Shown here in pieces: positions 13,141 to 26,139 of a stretch of DNA of 50,214 bases. The notes under the pieces were generated by a model. It worked only from the letters and a program-made list of their open reading frames with translations. It had not been told where the DNA came from and did no database searches. The stretch comes from Girardia tigrina (Eukaryota): the NCBI GenBank assembly GCA_001938485.1, contig MQRK01236650.1:1-50214 (forward strand). The letters are read 5' to 3'. Positions within the stretch are counted from its first letter, which is position 1. Every line of letters starts with the position of its first letter. A program made the translations under genes and the position numbers.

Positions 13141-13992
13141 GACTTCATTTTAATTCAATTTTACACCGAATAATTTAAATGTTTAAAAAAGTAAACAAAT
13201 TCTGAATATTATTTACAATTCTTAATAAATCATTTGGCATCAGTTTTATCTCTCAAAAAAATGTTTAAACAATCGGAATGAATTTTTTTATAATTATTTG
13301 GCATTGGCGGTTTTAATCGCTTTCGCACTGTTACAAGTGGATTTTTTTAGCATGTTCTGTACTACTTTCCCTTGATGTACGACAAATTCACACTAATCGC
13401 AACGATTATTGTTTCTTCAAGTCCTGATCATTTTCCACAATCAATTCATATCACCTGTAAAACCAAAGAAAACCATGGGCTTTCTTTTTGTCAACTTCGA
13501 GGTTAAAGTCTAAATAAAACTTGTTTTTTTCCTTCCTTGGAAGGATGTTAAAAATGTTTTGTCTCATCTTTGGTTTCCGAATTAATTTTTCAGTCTTTCA
13601 AGGTGTTACTTTAATATATACTGATTTTGTCGGTAATACAGACAAAACAGTAAATTTTTCTAGAGGCAATGAAGAGTACAGACAGAACGCAATTACTTAA
13701 GACCTTGTGAACAAAACTTAACGCATTGTAATGTATCATGTGTTCAATTTGTCACTTATGTTGTCTGCTAAATTCGCTCAAACAGAGTTCTGCAAACCTC
13801 AATGTTTAGATCATCAATCATGGTAGAGTGCATTCAAATCCCTTAAATATGTAAGAATTGTTCATTTCAGTTCATGGTTTTCTTTCTATCATGTTATTTA
13901 TGATTATGATTGTGTACATTATCAATGTACAAAACATCTCTGAGGGGCCTCACCTTTATATTCACCCTGATGGTAAGTACTAATACGCATGA
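13141..13992 (+). repeat. Copy 2 (uninterrupted, empty site) of the ~850 bp duplicated segment
   Basis: Matches 2699-3392 joined to 4591-4755. Confidence 0.95.
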
Positions 13993-15014
13993 CGGGCATG
14001 AAATCTTTGCAATTACGAAAATGGAATATTAATAAGGAAATTCGTCTCTACCCGTATGCCTCGTATCAAGTGCTTTTATTGATGATGTGATTTATTGGAG
14101 AGTGCTGATTGGCCGTGACACATAAAAATGAATGTACGTTGTGGTACGTGTCGTATGACAAGTTAATGTTTAAGACTTATCCACCCCACCAAGAACAAAA
14201 GCAATAAACTAAACAGAAACAAAAATAAACAGAAACTAAAAATATTTATTATAAATCTTACTTTCTGAACCAATCGCATCTGTAAAAAAATTATTTATAA
14301 ATTATTCGAATTAAATAATTTTAAAATATTTTTGAACATATTTACAAGTCTTAAAATTGGCATTATTTGTTTATTACCTCCAGGGTCTTGTTACTCCTTT
14401 CAGAATAATTTATTATTTGAAATTTGTCATTAGTATACTCTTCCACTGCGGAAATTATTATGAGTTATCATTCGCTATGTACACTGCAATTCAGCTGTAT
14501 AAATCATACGTGACTCAGTTAAAAAATCTGAAATATACTTGAAGAAATATAAGTTCCAAAGGTCAAGGAGACATTTCACCTTTCCTTTCATATGATCATT
14601 AATATGTAATTTGTTTGTATCTCAATTGCTTTCTAAATGAGTAATGATTTCGGGCTCATCCAGATCGAAATGTTGCATTTCTTTCATTGAATAAAAATTA
14701 TTATTATCTATAATATGTGATATGTTCGTGATTGTGTTCTGATGAAAATTAAAAAGAAGACATTTTCTAAACTCAGTTTCTAACAAAAATAAACATATTA
14801 TTTAAAAAGTTTTGCCTAAGTAAATTTCTGTGGAACGATTTTTATTTATCCCGCACAAACCAAAAATATCAAAAAAATTGTAAACATCAAATATGTGACT
14901 TTATTATTTTCAAAATTTTACATTGCAGATATTTTAAAAAAACTTTAATTTTAAGTATATTTAAATTACAAAAAAAGCTATTTTCAAATATTTTATATAT
15001 TAATTTTGTATTTA

Positions 15015-15018
<4 letters not shown>

Positions 15019-15051
<33 letters not shown>
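15019..15051. repeat. (TA)n microsatellite; others at ~28335-28388, ~31282-31312, ~39254-39271 and ~41123-41141
   Basis: Direct reading. Confidence 0.9.
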
Positions 15052-15054
<3 letters not shown>

Positions 15055-16340
15055 ATATTGTGTTTTTTGAATATTTTTGTATAAACATTTTAATAAACTT
15101 CGTAAGAATTTAATATTTATTATTAAATTTACATTTTTTCATATTTTATCTACTTTTAAAGTTTATATAATTCTGTTGAACTATTTTTAAGACATTATAT
15201 TTAATTTTTTTAAATCAATTTGATTACAAGTTCGCTTACTTTAAATTTTATCCAGAACATTTATTTTAAAAAATTATTAATATTGTAATTTTATACCACA
15301 TTTTATCGTCTTCGCGTTTTTTACAATAAATTTCTATTTTTTACTTTTATAATGTGATATTATTTTAAATGTATTTTTAGTCTTTAATTCAAAAAATTAA
15401 GTCTCCAAAAGCCTTACAAAATGATTCATTATCCACAAAAGAAAATAATGTATACGATTTGAAACTTTGAGGTGAACTCTAAAAATATAGAAAAGACAAT
15501 ATCGCCCCCCTATACATACACAACATACCTATGTACAACAAACCTTCATTTTATTTCATTTAAAAAGAAAGCTTTTATAAATTAAAATGTTTTATTCCCA
15601 AGGAATATGTAAAATTTCAATATTTTTTAATAAGCTACCGAAATTTTAGATATAAAAACTTTTCAAATGTAATTTTGAAAATTCCGAATGAAAACGTAAA
15701 GATATCGTAACATTTTAAAACTTCAAATTTTAGAAGTAAATTATGTAAATGTATTTATATTTAATTTTATTTATATTATAATTATGTTGTGCGAAAGAAA
15801 AAATGTTCCTCGAAAATTTGTTTTAAAAAATTTTGTATTGAAATAAAATTGTAATATTATGATAATTCTCGGTTTGAATTCAAAATTGTGATATCGGTAG
15901 GAATGACCACAGCGAACCTAACATGGGTTTTAGTTAAATATTATGGCTTTCATAAATTATGTAATATGTAATTCATTTAATTCCAATTTAATCAATTATT
16001 ATCAGTACAGGTAAATCTTTACGAGACTCAGACATATTTATTATAACTATATATAACTGTCATCAAATCTATGTGTTTTGTTAGCACAATGGTTATAATA
16101 TTATCGTTTTTTGGTAAAAGTATTGTTTTGGCGAATGGTAGGTAAAAGCCCGAAGTTAATGTTATATTTTTTGCACAAAATTGTGGGTATACATAAATAA
16201 ACAGCAAATCCAACCTTTAACATCTTTTAAATTTTAAAATCAAATACGAGTCTTTCACCAAAACAATATTTTTCCCAAAAACCGTAGTAGGGGAAAAATG
16301 GGGATTCACCGGCACTACCCCCCCNGGGGGTGTGTAACTA

Positions 16341-16800
16341 GTTACCGCGCGGTTACCATAGCAATGGTCACAGTTACCATGGCAACGGTCGCCATCACCT
16401 TAGCAACGGTTGCGGTTACCATGGCAAAGGTCACGGTTACCATGGCAACGGTCGCGATCACCTTAGAAACGCTTCTGATTGGTTCCTGGTTCCCTAGCAA
16501 CGGTTCCAGGTCACTTGGAAACGCTTCTGATTGGCTCCTTGGTTCCCTAGCAACGGTCGCGATCACCTTAGAAAGGCTTCTGATTGGTCGGCGGTTCCCT
16601 AGCAACGGTCTCGGTTACCATAGCAACGGTAACCAAGGCACATTTTTCATAAGTAACGGATACAGTGATCCAAGATGGCTGTAACCATGGTAACGGCCCC
16701 CGTATCCATAGCAACCGTGACCCCGTAACTAGGGAGCGTAGAAAAAAGTGCTAATCGATCACTGCAGTGATCAAATGTGCAAATTGATATTTTGAAAGGC
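16341..16800 (+). repeat. GC-rich 21-bp-period array of RFX X-box-like palindromes with interspersed CTGATTGG boxes; probable subterminal region of a mobile element
   Basis: GTTACCATRGCAAC-type units start at 16352, 16373, 16394, 16415, 16436 and 16457. CTGATTGG at 16475, 16527 and 16580. Inverted copy at 38650-38814 and decayed copy at ~25715-25915. Confidence 0.85.
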
Positions 16801-16873
16801 TATAGTATCGATATGTAGTCCCCGGATCTTAAAGAAATGGAAACCTTATTTTACCGTCATAGTAGGGTGCGTT

Positions 16874-17505
16874 TAGGGCCGCCGCGTGGGTAAGAGGTGC
16901 CTTTGTGCCAGATTATTTTCAGCGCCCTTCCCCGAACTGAACCCCCATGTCAAAAACTATGACTTGTTATGAATTTAATCATCAGAATATTTCCAATGAA
17001 TTCTTTTATTTTATAAAATAATTACAGGTTATATAATACGATAATATACAGGCATGGGTTATATACATACAATATATAATACTAAATCTAAGTAATCAAT
17101 AAAATTTGCTTGTCTCAAACATATATTAAGAATTAGATTACTTTATAATTATTCATCACTCAAAAATCAAATTACTTTTTACATATTTACTCTTCTAGCT
17201 TTAGCAGCTACATGACGCCTTTATCGAACGAAGTTGAGCGATCTACACGATCGCATCGCACGAAGTGACGAGCGCGCTTTCATAGCGTGGTATAATAAGG
17301 TATACGTTGCGCCCGCGTTTCCAGTATCTCTCTAATAAATCCATATTTGTCACTTTTTCTTTTTTATCATTTAATTTTTTTATATTTAATTTTAATTTTT
17401 TTATTTAGTGAGGTGGCGCCGAGTGAAAGAGGCGCCTGCCGGTGCCTTTAACACTCGGTGCCCTTGTGTGGCGCACAATATGAACAATCGTACGCGGCGG
17501 CCCTG
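16874..17505 (-). mobile_element. Non-autonomous hAT DNA transposon, 632 bp
   Basis: TIRs TAGGGCCGCCGCGT / ACGCGGCGGCCCTG and perfect 8-bp TSD GGTGCGTT (16866-16873, 17506-17513). An internal minus-strand ...AAKARRVNM* resembles a hAT transposase C-terminus. Confidence 0.93.
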
Positions 17506-17513
17506 GGTGCGTT

Positions 17514-17760
17514 ATCAGAAGCTTCGGACGTTTTGAGCAATCTTTATCGAAAATGGTTTTGATTATGATTTAATATATAGAAAAGATGACGAACATGTAA
17601 GTACAGATGAATGACGACGTCTGTGAAAAATGTGAAACAAAAAACGAAGAACCAAAATCAACTAAAGAAAGGATGGAACACATCAATACAGTGGTGATTC
17701 AGTCTACAATTCAATGGATAACAGAAAAACAAGGAAAGTGTTTAGGAATCAAGATTTTGG
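17514..17760 (+). pseudogene. Ty3/gypsy RNase H C-terminal remnant (target of the hAT insertion)
   Basis: GFDYDLIYRKDDEHVSTDE resembles FDFxIxYRxGxxHxNADxLSR, followed by a CxxC linker (CEKCETK). Confidence 0.55.
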
Positions 17761-17879
17761 ATTTCTCAGTTGTGTCCCTTGGTTGCATATTATTTTTATT
17801 TTTCGAATTTTTCGTATTTAATTCATTGTTTTATTTGTTTGCGTTTAGTTTTTTTATTCAGTTTTAATTTGAGAACTTC

Positions 17880-18042
17880 AAAAAACATTGAGAAAATTAA
17901 ACCTAAATATAAACATTAAATTTAAATTTAAACCCCATTAGTTTTATATAACAAGTATTAAAATATTAATCAGGCATATGGGCAGAGACAACCTCAAAGC
18001 AGCAGACAACATTCAAACATCAAACAACAAAAATTCTTCACA
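17880..18042 (-). mobile_element. Diverged LTR-like 5' end in reverse orientation
   Basis: Reverse complement reads TGTGAAGAATTTTTGTTG...TTGTCTCTGCCCATATG, similar to family A LTR starts. Confidence 0.45.
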
Positions 18043-18535
18043 ACAATAGCTGATAATAATAATTTGATTTTTTTGTCAAACTCTTCTGTTATAATAACAT
18101 ATTTGATAAAAGAAACAAAAGTTTATTTATAATTACTTAAAATTAATAAAAATAATAACTTACTGATTAATTTGAATCTGACTTCCACCATCATTAATAT
18201 TAAAATTAGAATCGCAATTACAATCGTGACGACTAAATATTTTAAAATCAAGTTAATTTTAAAAAAAATAAGTATTTGTTTTAAGAAAATCAATAAAAAT
18301 AAAGTTTTTTTATATAAAATTAATTATTTTAGTTTTTTTAATTTTCTAAATAATTTGATTTCTTAAGTTGTTGGCCGCTGCACAGTAGTTTCATTAATAA
18401 AAGTTACAAATAATCCTTCTTTAAAATAGAGATCATTTATTTAATCAATCCAAAAAAGATAATAAATTATATTAATTATAAAAATTATAATTACAAAAAC
18501 AACAAATAAACTTGAAAAAAGATGGCAATTTTTTA

Positions 18536-19558
18536 TTAAAAACAAATAAACGCCATTTAAAAATATATTTTAGGATAATATATTTCGACGGTTTAACCGT
18601 CATCATCAGATCACTGATTNNNNNNNNNNNNNNNNNNNNNNNNNNNNNNNNNNNNNNNNNNNNNNNNNNNNNNNNNNNNNNNNNNNNNNNNNNNNNNNNN
18701 NNNNNNNNNNNNNNNNNNNNNNNNNNNNNNNNNNNNNNNNNNNNNNNNNNNNNNNNNNNNNNNNNNNNNNNNNNNNNNNNNNNNNNNNNNNNNNNNNNNN
18801 NNNNNNNNNNNNNNNNNNNNNNNNNNNNNNNNNNNNNNNNNNNNNNNNNNNNNNNNNNNNNNNNNNNNNNNNNNNNNNNNNNNNNNNNNNNNNNNNNNNN
18901 NNNNNNNNNNNNNNNNNNNNNNNNNNNNNNNNNNNNNNNNNNNNNNNNNNNNNNNNNNNNNNNNNNNNNNNNNNNNNNNNNNNNNNNNNNNNNNNNNNNN
19001 NNNNNNNNNNNNNNNNNNNNNNNNNNNNNNNNNNNNNNNNNNNNNNNNNNNNNNNNNNNNNNNNNNNNNNNNNNNNNNNNNNNNNNNNNNNNNNNNNNNN
19101 NNNNNNNNNNNNNNNNNNNNNNNNNNNNNNNNNNNNNNNNNNNNNNNNNNNNNNNNNNNNNNNNNNNNNNNNNNNNNNNNNNNNNNNNNNNNNNNNNNNN
19201 NNNNNNNNNNNNNNNNNNNNNNNNNNNNNNNNNNNNNNNNNNNNNNNNNNNNNNNNNNNNNNNNNNNNNNNNNNNNNNNNNNNNNNNNNNNNNNNNNNNN
19301 NNNNNNNNNNNNNNNNNNNNNNNNNNNNNNNNNNNNNNNNNNNNNNNNNNNNNNNNNNNNNNNNNNNNNNNNNNNNNNNNNNNNNNNNNNNNNNNNNNNN
19401 NNNNNNNNNNNNNNNNNNNNNNNNNNNNNNNNNNNNNNNNNNATTTCTTATATAAAAGCAATAAAAAAGAACATAATCAGTGATCTGATGATGACGGTTA
19501 AACCGTCGAAATATATTATCCTAAAATATATTTTTAAATGGCGTTTATTTGTTTTTAA
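18536..19558. repeat. Perfect 84-bp inverted repeat (18536-18619 / 19475-19558) flanking an N-gap
   Basis: The arms are exact reverse complements. Either a foldback element or a scaffolding artefact. Confidence 0.85.
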
Positions 19559-21916
19559 AAACAACAAAGCTTAAATTTTATTAACAGGGTGCAACCAAGA
19601 TTAATATTTGTATTTGAAAAGAACTAATTTGTATATCTCCTCATAATTTTATCTAAGTTGCTTCTAGATATTATTTTCTTATTGTTTAGAATAGATCGTC
19701 AGCTATTTTGAAAAATCGTTTTGTATTTTTTGAGAAAAAAAATGATATATATTGTGTGTCTTAATTATAATTGTGCAAACCCTGAAGGTTGAAGAGAAAT
19801 AACAAAAAATAATATTACCAGATAAATAACTATTAAAAAAATAATTTAAGTAACACAATGAAAATATATGTTAGGAGATAAAACAATGAAATAAACTAGA
19901 AAACTTTTAATAAAAATACACTAATCTGACTATATGACAGGATGAACGTCTAAACACTTGTAAGGGGATAGAATGTTATTGGTATCACCGAAAAAGTCTA
20001 TAACGTTTAGATAGAATGGTAAGGATAATTGATTATGGTAATTGGAGTATCTGATAATAATCTAACACCAAATTGACAAGGAATAGAACCGAGGTAAAAG
20101 AAAATTGAATCTTGTATCGGAATTGAATGAGAGATGAAATTATTGATTCTAATTTGCTAATTTTTAAATTGGGCGGCTCGCTAGGCTTATTTCGTCATAT
20201 GTTATCGTTATTTGTCTTTTAAACAATTAACAATAGTTTCTTAAAATGATAGTTGGAATATTAGAAGACGTTTACGAATTTTTTATTGATTTGATTGGTA
20301 TCAAGATGAAGGGAATTTTATTTTTTGGAAATAAAATTACCATAAAAAGAATCCGTTGTAAAATTAGTCTTTATAATGGCTAGCTAATTTTCAATATTAA
20401 AATCCACGGATTAATATAATATTGATTTGGATATCGAAATTCGATAAATAAAAAAGGTAAGTATTCTTAAATTGACAAAAATAATAATTTTGTTTTAATA
20501 ATAGGTAATTATTCCAACTAGCTTTGGCGATAATATGAATTGTCGTGATTGATACGATAAAAAGGTAATTATTTTTTTTCTATCTTTTCTTTTTCATTTT
20601 TAATTTCTTCTGATTATAAAAATTAACATAATTATTCACCCACATTTTTTGTGGAGATTTCAACGGAATTTTCTGCATCAGATAATGAATCTGAATGAAG
20701 TATCTGTGGAAAGACGACTCAATGTATAATCTTCCATTGAGATTAATTATTTAATGAATAAATATTCTTATATAAATATTTTAAGATAAATAAATATAAG
20801 AAAGAAAATAAAACTACAATAAAACAATATCGAATTGCTACAATATAAATAAATAAATTATTATTCAATTTTATTAACTAATTATTCACTCAACCATTGG
20901 TTTAAAGATGTATGAATAATTTTCCTTATGTAAAATTAAATAATTTCTACTGGGACTTTTCAAACATAAATGTTTTTACTAAAAAATTGTAAGTTGGTTT
21001 AAGTGTGTCAACAAAATTAATTAAAGTATTAAGGAAGTTGGTAAGGAGAGTTGACTGAAAGGAGGTATACTTCACAGTTTCTGGAAATATGCTCTGCGAA
21101 AATGTGTTATTACCGAAGATGAGTGTCTGATGATATACTAAAAACTTATATGTGATCAAACAACAAGTTTGTTTCTGTTTGTGTAAAGTATCCATAGTTT
21201 TAACCGAATAATTTGATTTCAGATTTATTAAATTGTAAAGCATTTAGGAAAGATTTAAGTTTGCGTATGGGTGTCATATTTAATCTTTGTGGCGGGAAAC
21301 ATTTAATTTTCAGATGAATGTCACATTTATTGAGAAGGTTTCGTCAATAAGCATTACATGCGATTTTTGAGTTTTAGGGAATCTCATTAACTCTAAACCA
21401 ATTTCAATATGTAATGATTATTGTGTAAAACCATTTGTTTAAATCGGTGGATCGTCAAAGCTGTTTTTTATTTAAATAAATTTTCATGCAACACGTTTAT
21501 CTTGTTCTGATTCAGAGAACATATTGTTTAGTAAATTCTTTTTATACATGAAATAATTTATATATATCTCAGAGATGACAACATAATAAATGTGGTTAGT
21601 TACAGAGATCAAATAATAACTCCTTTTGTAAAAGAATCATTCTTTTTTTAGGTCATTCATCAGCTACAATTCAAGAATTACGAAACAAAATTATGATGTT
21701 ATTACTAAAGAAGCCTTGGTTAATGTCTATGGTGATTTTGTTCGCCCATTGATTTATGTATTCAAGATAATAAAGCTCATTTAAATATATTTTTACAAAA
21801 CATTGAGTAGAAATAAATAAAATATAAATAAATAAAAGATTACTGAAAAGACAGAATAAATTAAATAATTATAATTTTAATAGTTACACTAGTAATTTTG
21901 AATTTTAAATACTATT

Positions 21917-22297
21917 TGTGAGAGATGTTTTGAGTTGTTTTTTGATATTGTACATGTTGTATGTTGATTCAAATTGTGCCTCTCCTGCACAGATGGATGA
22001 TTGGTATTTTCTTTGATTCTTACTAAAAAAATAATTTAATTTATTTTTAAAATAAAAAGATTTAAAATAATTTTTGAATGTAATATTTAACCAATTAAAA
22101 TCTTTATAATTAATAAATATAAATAAAACTTTTTTCATTTTTTGAAAAATTAGTATGAATTCAGAAATATATTAATCAAGAAAATATCAAATAGCGAAAG
22201 TCTTTTGAATGATTGTTGTCATAACAAATCTGATTGTGGTGTTAATTAATGCTTGAAAATTATATTGATGTTGATAATACTGTTATTTGCATTTACA
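21917..22297 (+). mobile_element. Ty3/gypsy LTR-like repeat (family A); 3' end approximate
   Basis: TGTGAG start and core ATTGTGCCTCTCCTGCACAGATGG. Aligns with the 4988 copy. Confidence 0.7.
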
Positions 22298-22368
22298 TTA
22301 TCAGTCATAATATTACAATTAATTATTATTACAAACAAATTATTATTTATTTTTTAATCATATTATTA

Positions 22369-23208
22369 CTAGGTTGACTCAACGGTTTCCTCGTTTTCCA
22401 CTCTTATTTTCAAGATAACAAAGCATGACAACAAAACTCAATTCTTCTTCGGATTGTGTCTTCAACCATTTTTCAGCTAGTTGCTTGATTGCACGGGAAT
22501 ACCACTCTGTCATTTTGGAAGCAAAGAAATTGTGGCACCTTTGTTAAATCTCTTCTACTGAATCTAACAGCCATTCTTTGAGAAAATTCGTCATTGTCCG
22601 AAAGAGGTGGTATTCGCTGCGGGCAAGGATATGACTGCAGATAGGGTATGCAATCGAAGCGTCCTTGTTTAACTATTGGTTGGGCGGTCAGACTTATGGT
22701 AAAGCTAATAATTCTACATGTTGGAACTACGTAAAAATATGTATTTTTCATCCCTCGTACCTATCCTTCTGAAAAAATGAATTTCATTAGGCTGAGCAAA
22801 CCATTCTTTGTAGAGATCAAGTTGTTGTTGTGCTTGAGTGGTTGTCAGTTTGTGATTAATTTGTCTACACCATCTATTGACAAGGCCAAGCTGATTAGGA
22901 TGACGTTGAATAATAGGTTAGAAGGACCGACCTCTACTGATAATCTCTGCGTGCTAGTGCATGGCTGTTCCTTCACAGCTTGACGTAGAATGTCATGATC
23001 AACAGCATATGGATTCCCAGATCTATACTGGTCATCAAATTGAAGTCACCACTTGAGAAACTCTTGAACCACGATTTGACAAACGAACACCGACCAAACG
23101 AACACCGACCAAACCTTCGCATTCTATATATTTCCAAGCAGCTGCATTGAAGCGCTTTTTGCAGTAATATCGCAAAAGGACTCGAATTTCATATTTTTCG
23201 CTCACCAT
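22369..23208 (-). mobile_element. Internally deleted mariner element with transposase pseudogene and one TIR
   Basis: MVSEKYEIRVLLRYY..., WFKSFSSGDF, RSGNP, IGTRDEKYIF, LARSEYHLFRTMTNFL...FFASK...WY...LAEKW. TA-CTAGGTTG terminus at 22367-22376. Short tandem duplication at ~23080-23114. Confidence 0.9.
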
Positions 23209-23323
23209 AATCTGATAAGACTAAAGTAACACTATACAATGATATTTGCCATGTAATATAATAATAAATAATATAAAAATCAATAATGGAAAAATAGAAT
23301 ATTCATATAAATTTTATATCAAA

Positions 23324-23593
23324 AAAAATCAAAAGATTTTTTAAAAATAAATATCTTTGAAATGATTAATAATAAATATTAATTTGATTACTAGGGTGAT
23401 AATACATTTTTTTCATTTTTCTATGCCTTACAATGTGACATTTATTTTATATTATAAAATTTATATTATAAAATAACTGTCACAATGTAAAGTATAGAAA
23501 AATGAAAAAACTTATTATCACCCAAGTAATCAAATTAATATTTATCATTAATCATTTCAAAGACATTTATTTTTAAAAAATCTTTTGATTTTT
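23324..23593. repeat. ~270 bp near-perfect AT-rich palindrome (foldback/MITE)
   Basis: ~125 bp arms are reverse complements with few mismatches, e.g. ATTAATTTGATTACTAGGGTGATAAT vs ATTATCACCCAAGTAATCAAATTAAT. Confidence 0.9.
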
Positions 23594-25714
23594 AAATCCT
23601 GATTAACGTCTAAAAACTCAAATATAAATAATATTTGCTGTTAAACAAAACAAAAAATTTATTCTAAAAATAATATCCATGTTTTTACAAAACTTAAATG
23701 TGTTTAGATAAATCACTTTGTATATTTAAGCATGGTATTAATTACTTAATAAATAATGTTAATAAAGTGCAGATATGACGATGTGTTTCTCCAATATACA
23801 ATATATGCAATTTTTAAATGATAAGTTATTTCAATTATAATACGAAAATTTATTTTTGAATTTTATTTATAATCTTCTTATAAAAATTTATAATTTAAAA
23901 ATTATGTTATAAAATTTTAACTTTTTTGAAGTTTTTAAATTATTTAAAAAAACGAAGTAAAAAGAAGTAACTTCTCAAAGATACAATTGACCATGACTTA
24001 AATAAATTAATTTTATTTGATTTTATTCATGAAAATATTTTAAATTTTACTTATTTAAATATTTTCTATAATCAACTTCTAACACATATTTATTATTATT
24101 AAAATAAATTACCTCCAAACCAATTCAGCAAATATATCTTATCTAAATAGTAAATAGATATTAAATTAAACAAAATTGAAATACAATTAATTAAAAATTA
24201 ATTAGATTTTACTGAAATACTTTTATTTCTCAGATAATATCCTTTATGTGGCCCAAATTAGGGATCAGTTGTTGATTCGACACGGGGAGCGTATAAACAT
24301 ATTTATATACTAATCTTAGTGAGCTCTTATTTGATATTTTTCAAAAATAATTTTGTTAAAGCTTTTTTTGAGAAATTGATTATTATATATGTTAACTAAT
24401 ATGAAATTTTGTTAGTAAATATAATAATAATCCGGAATTTATTGTATATTAATGGTAATTTTTTATTTACTTTTATTGAAGATTTTAGGAATTTAGAGGG
24501 TAATTACTTTGCCAATTTTGAGAATTAATTATTGTGCTATTAAGTTTTATAAATAATAATTCCCAAAACTGTCTCTCATAATGTGAAAACAGAAAACTTT
24601 TTTCATTTGAAATAGAAGATGTTCTATTTATACAATATAACCAATGATCAAGAACGTAACTCGATGATGATTTGTCTCTCCAATACGATCCTCACGTCCT
24701 ATAAATGTAAATAGACTGTGGCTTTTTAGGAGGCCCGAGACGCATACGGATTCATAAAGCACTCCCTTCAACTGGGGATTGACATGCCTAAGCTCCGCCG
24801 GCGAACAGGTTTCGCACCACCACTATCCTAGAATCTTTGCCGTTGTAGAACGTGAAGAATTTGAACAGCATCCTATCGAAGGCGGCGGTAACTGATTTCC
24901 GGCACGGAATCTCAACAATTGTGGTGCATTGTCAATTATAATTCCAAACACCTATCTAATGACGGTATCAATATCGGTTTTAATGGGATGCAGAAAGGTA
25001 TCGCAATATGGTTACTTAGGGCATGCAATTCTCTCTTCTCGCCAACCATCCTTTCTTTCACAAAATCACTCGTTGTAACGACTCCCTGGTCTGTAACGGC
25101 CAATAAAAACGACTCAAACTGAAAGCTTAATGCGATAATCGAACCTAAATTATTATGTAATCGATGCTTTATCAAGATCAAGTATTAAAACGATCACGGA
25201 TTTCATTCCTAAAGCAAAAAAATGAGATTCGGTGCTCAAACAAACGGCAGTGAATTCGTATTTCGGATATGGAACATGTAAAACATATTATTTTTCTCGT
25301 AATTAATGAATTGCAGTTGTCTTACCTTCTTTAAGATGATTATTTCGTTCGTATAAGAGCTTGGTTGAAGTAAATGAAATACAGTGAACATTCCTTTTCG
25401 AAATTCGAATTCCCTGAACATTTCAGTCGTTACTATGTGTTAGAAAATCAATTGATTATCAAAATTAACCCTGCACAAATATCCCTCATTTTTAGTCGAC
25501 CATAAAACTTGCCAATTTTTGCGCCCTCAAATTGATGTCGAGACACATTATGTTTTTGTCGGAGATAAAAGTAAATCACCGTTTTTCAGCAGTAAATAAT
25601 CAATTTTTTATGTCCAGTTATCCTTTAAATATTTTTTTCCATTCGATCACTTGTCCAAATTCATGCTAAATCCCATAATTTGTAACATAGAAGTAGGTAG
25701 GAAATGAACTTCCT

Positions 25715-25915
25715 TATGGTTTCCATGACAACATTGCCAATTACCTTAACAAAGGTTCCAGTTACCATAACAACGTATCCGATTGCCTTAGAAACGGTTT
25801 GTAAATGTATCATGGCGACGGGCCACGTCACTTTATAGTACGTCACTTAGTAGTACCTTAGCAACCGTCACAATTACATTATCAACCATCAAAATTACCT
25901 TGATAACGATAACCA
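25715..25915 (+). repeat. Decayed copy of the 21-bp X-box array
   Basis: GTTTCCATGACAAC, ATTACCTTAACAAA, GTTACCATAACAAC and ATTGCCTTAGAAAC at 21-bp spacing. Confidence 0.7.
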
Positions 25916-26139
25916 TTAAATTATGTTATCGACCGTTCAAAAAGCAACCGGACTGATTGTTTCTGCTCGGAAATATTTCGACTAATTGTTCTTCTATTTT
26001 GTTCGCAGTTGATGAGCCATCCTTTGGTCTTGTATCTCTATCGGCATAGTGCCAGTATATATAATTTTTTATAATAATTTAGAATGTTATAAGAATATAT
26101 ACTCATGTTTAACAATTTAATCCTTGAAACCTATCTAAT

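Noticed and set aside
16298-16684. 128-aa VTMAT-repeat protein and its antisense ORF
   Set aside because: Translation by-product of a 21-bp palindromic repeat. It spans an N join and the other copies do not keep the frame.
18472-19483. Long ORFs of 329 and 323 aa (likewise 3601-4006, 47391-47717, 48047-48229)
   Set aside because: They are open only because they run through N-gaps.
20240-20760. Small spliced gene (GT-AG signals near 20457-20504 and 20565)
   Set aside because: No consistent open frame or recognisable product could be assembled.
22369-22410. Helitron 3' end (hairpin plus CTAG)
   Set aside because: Better explained as the TA-CTAGGTTG mariner TIR just downstream of the mariner transposase.
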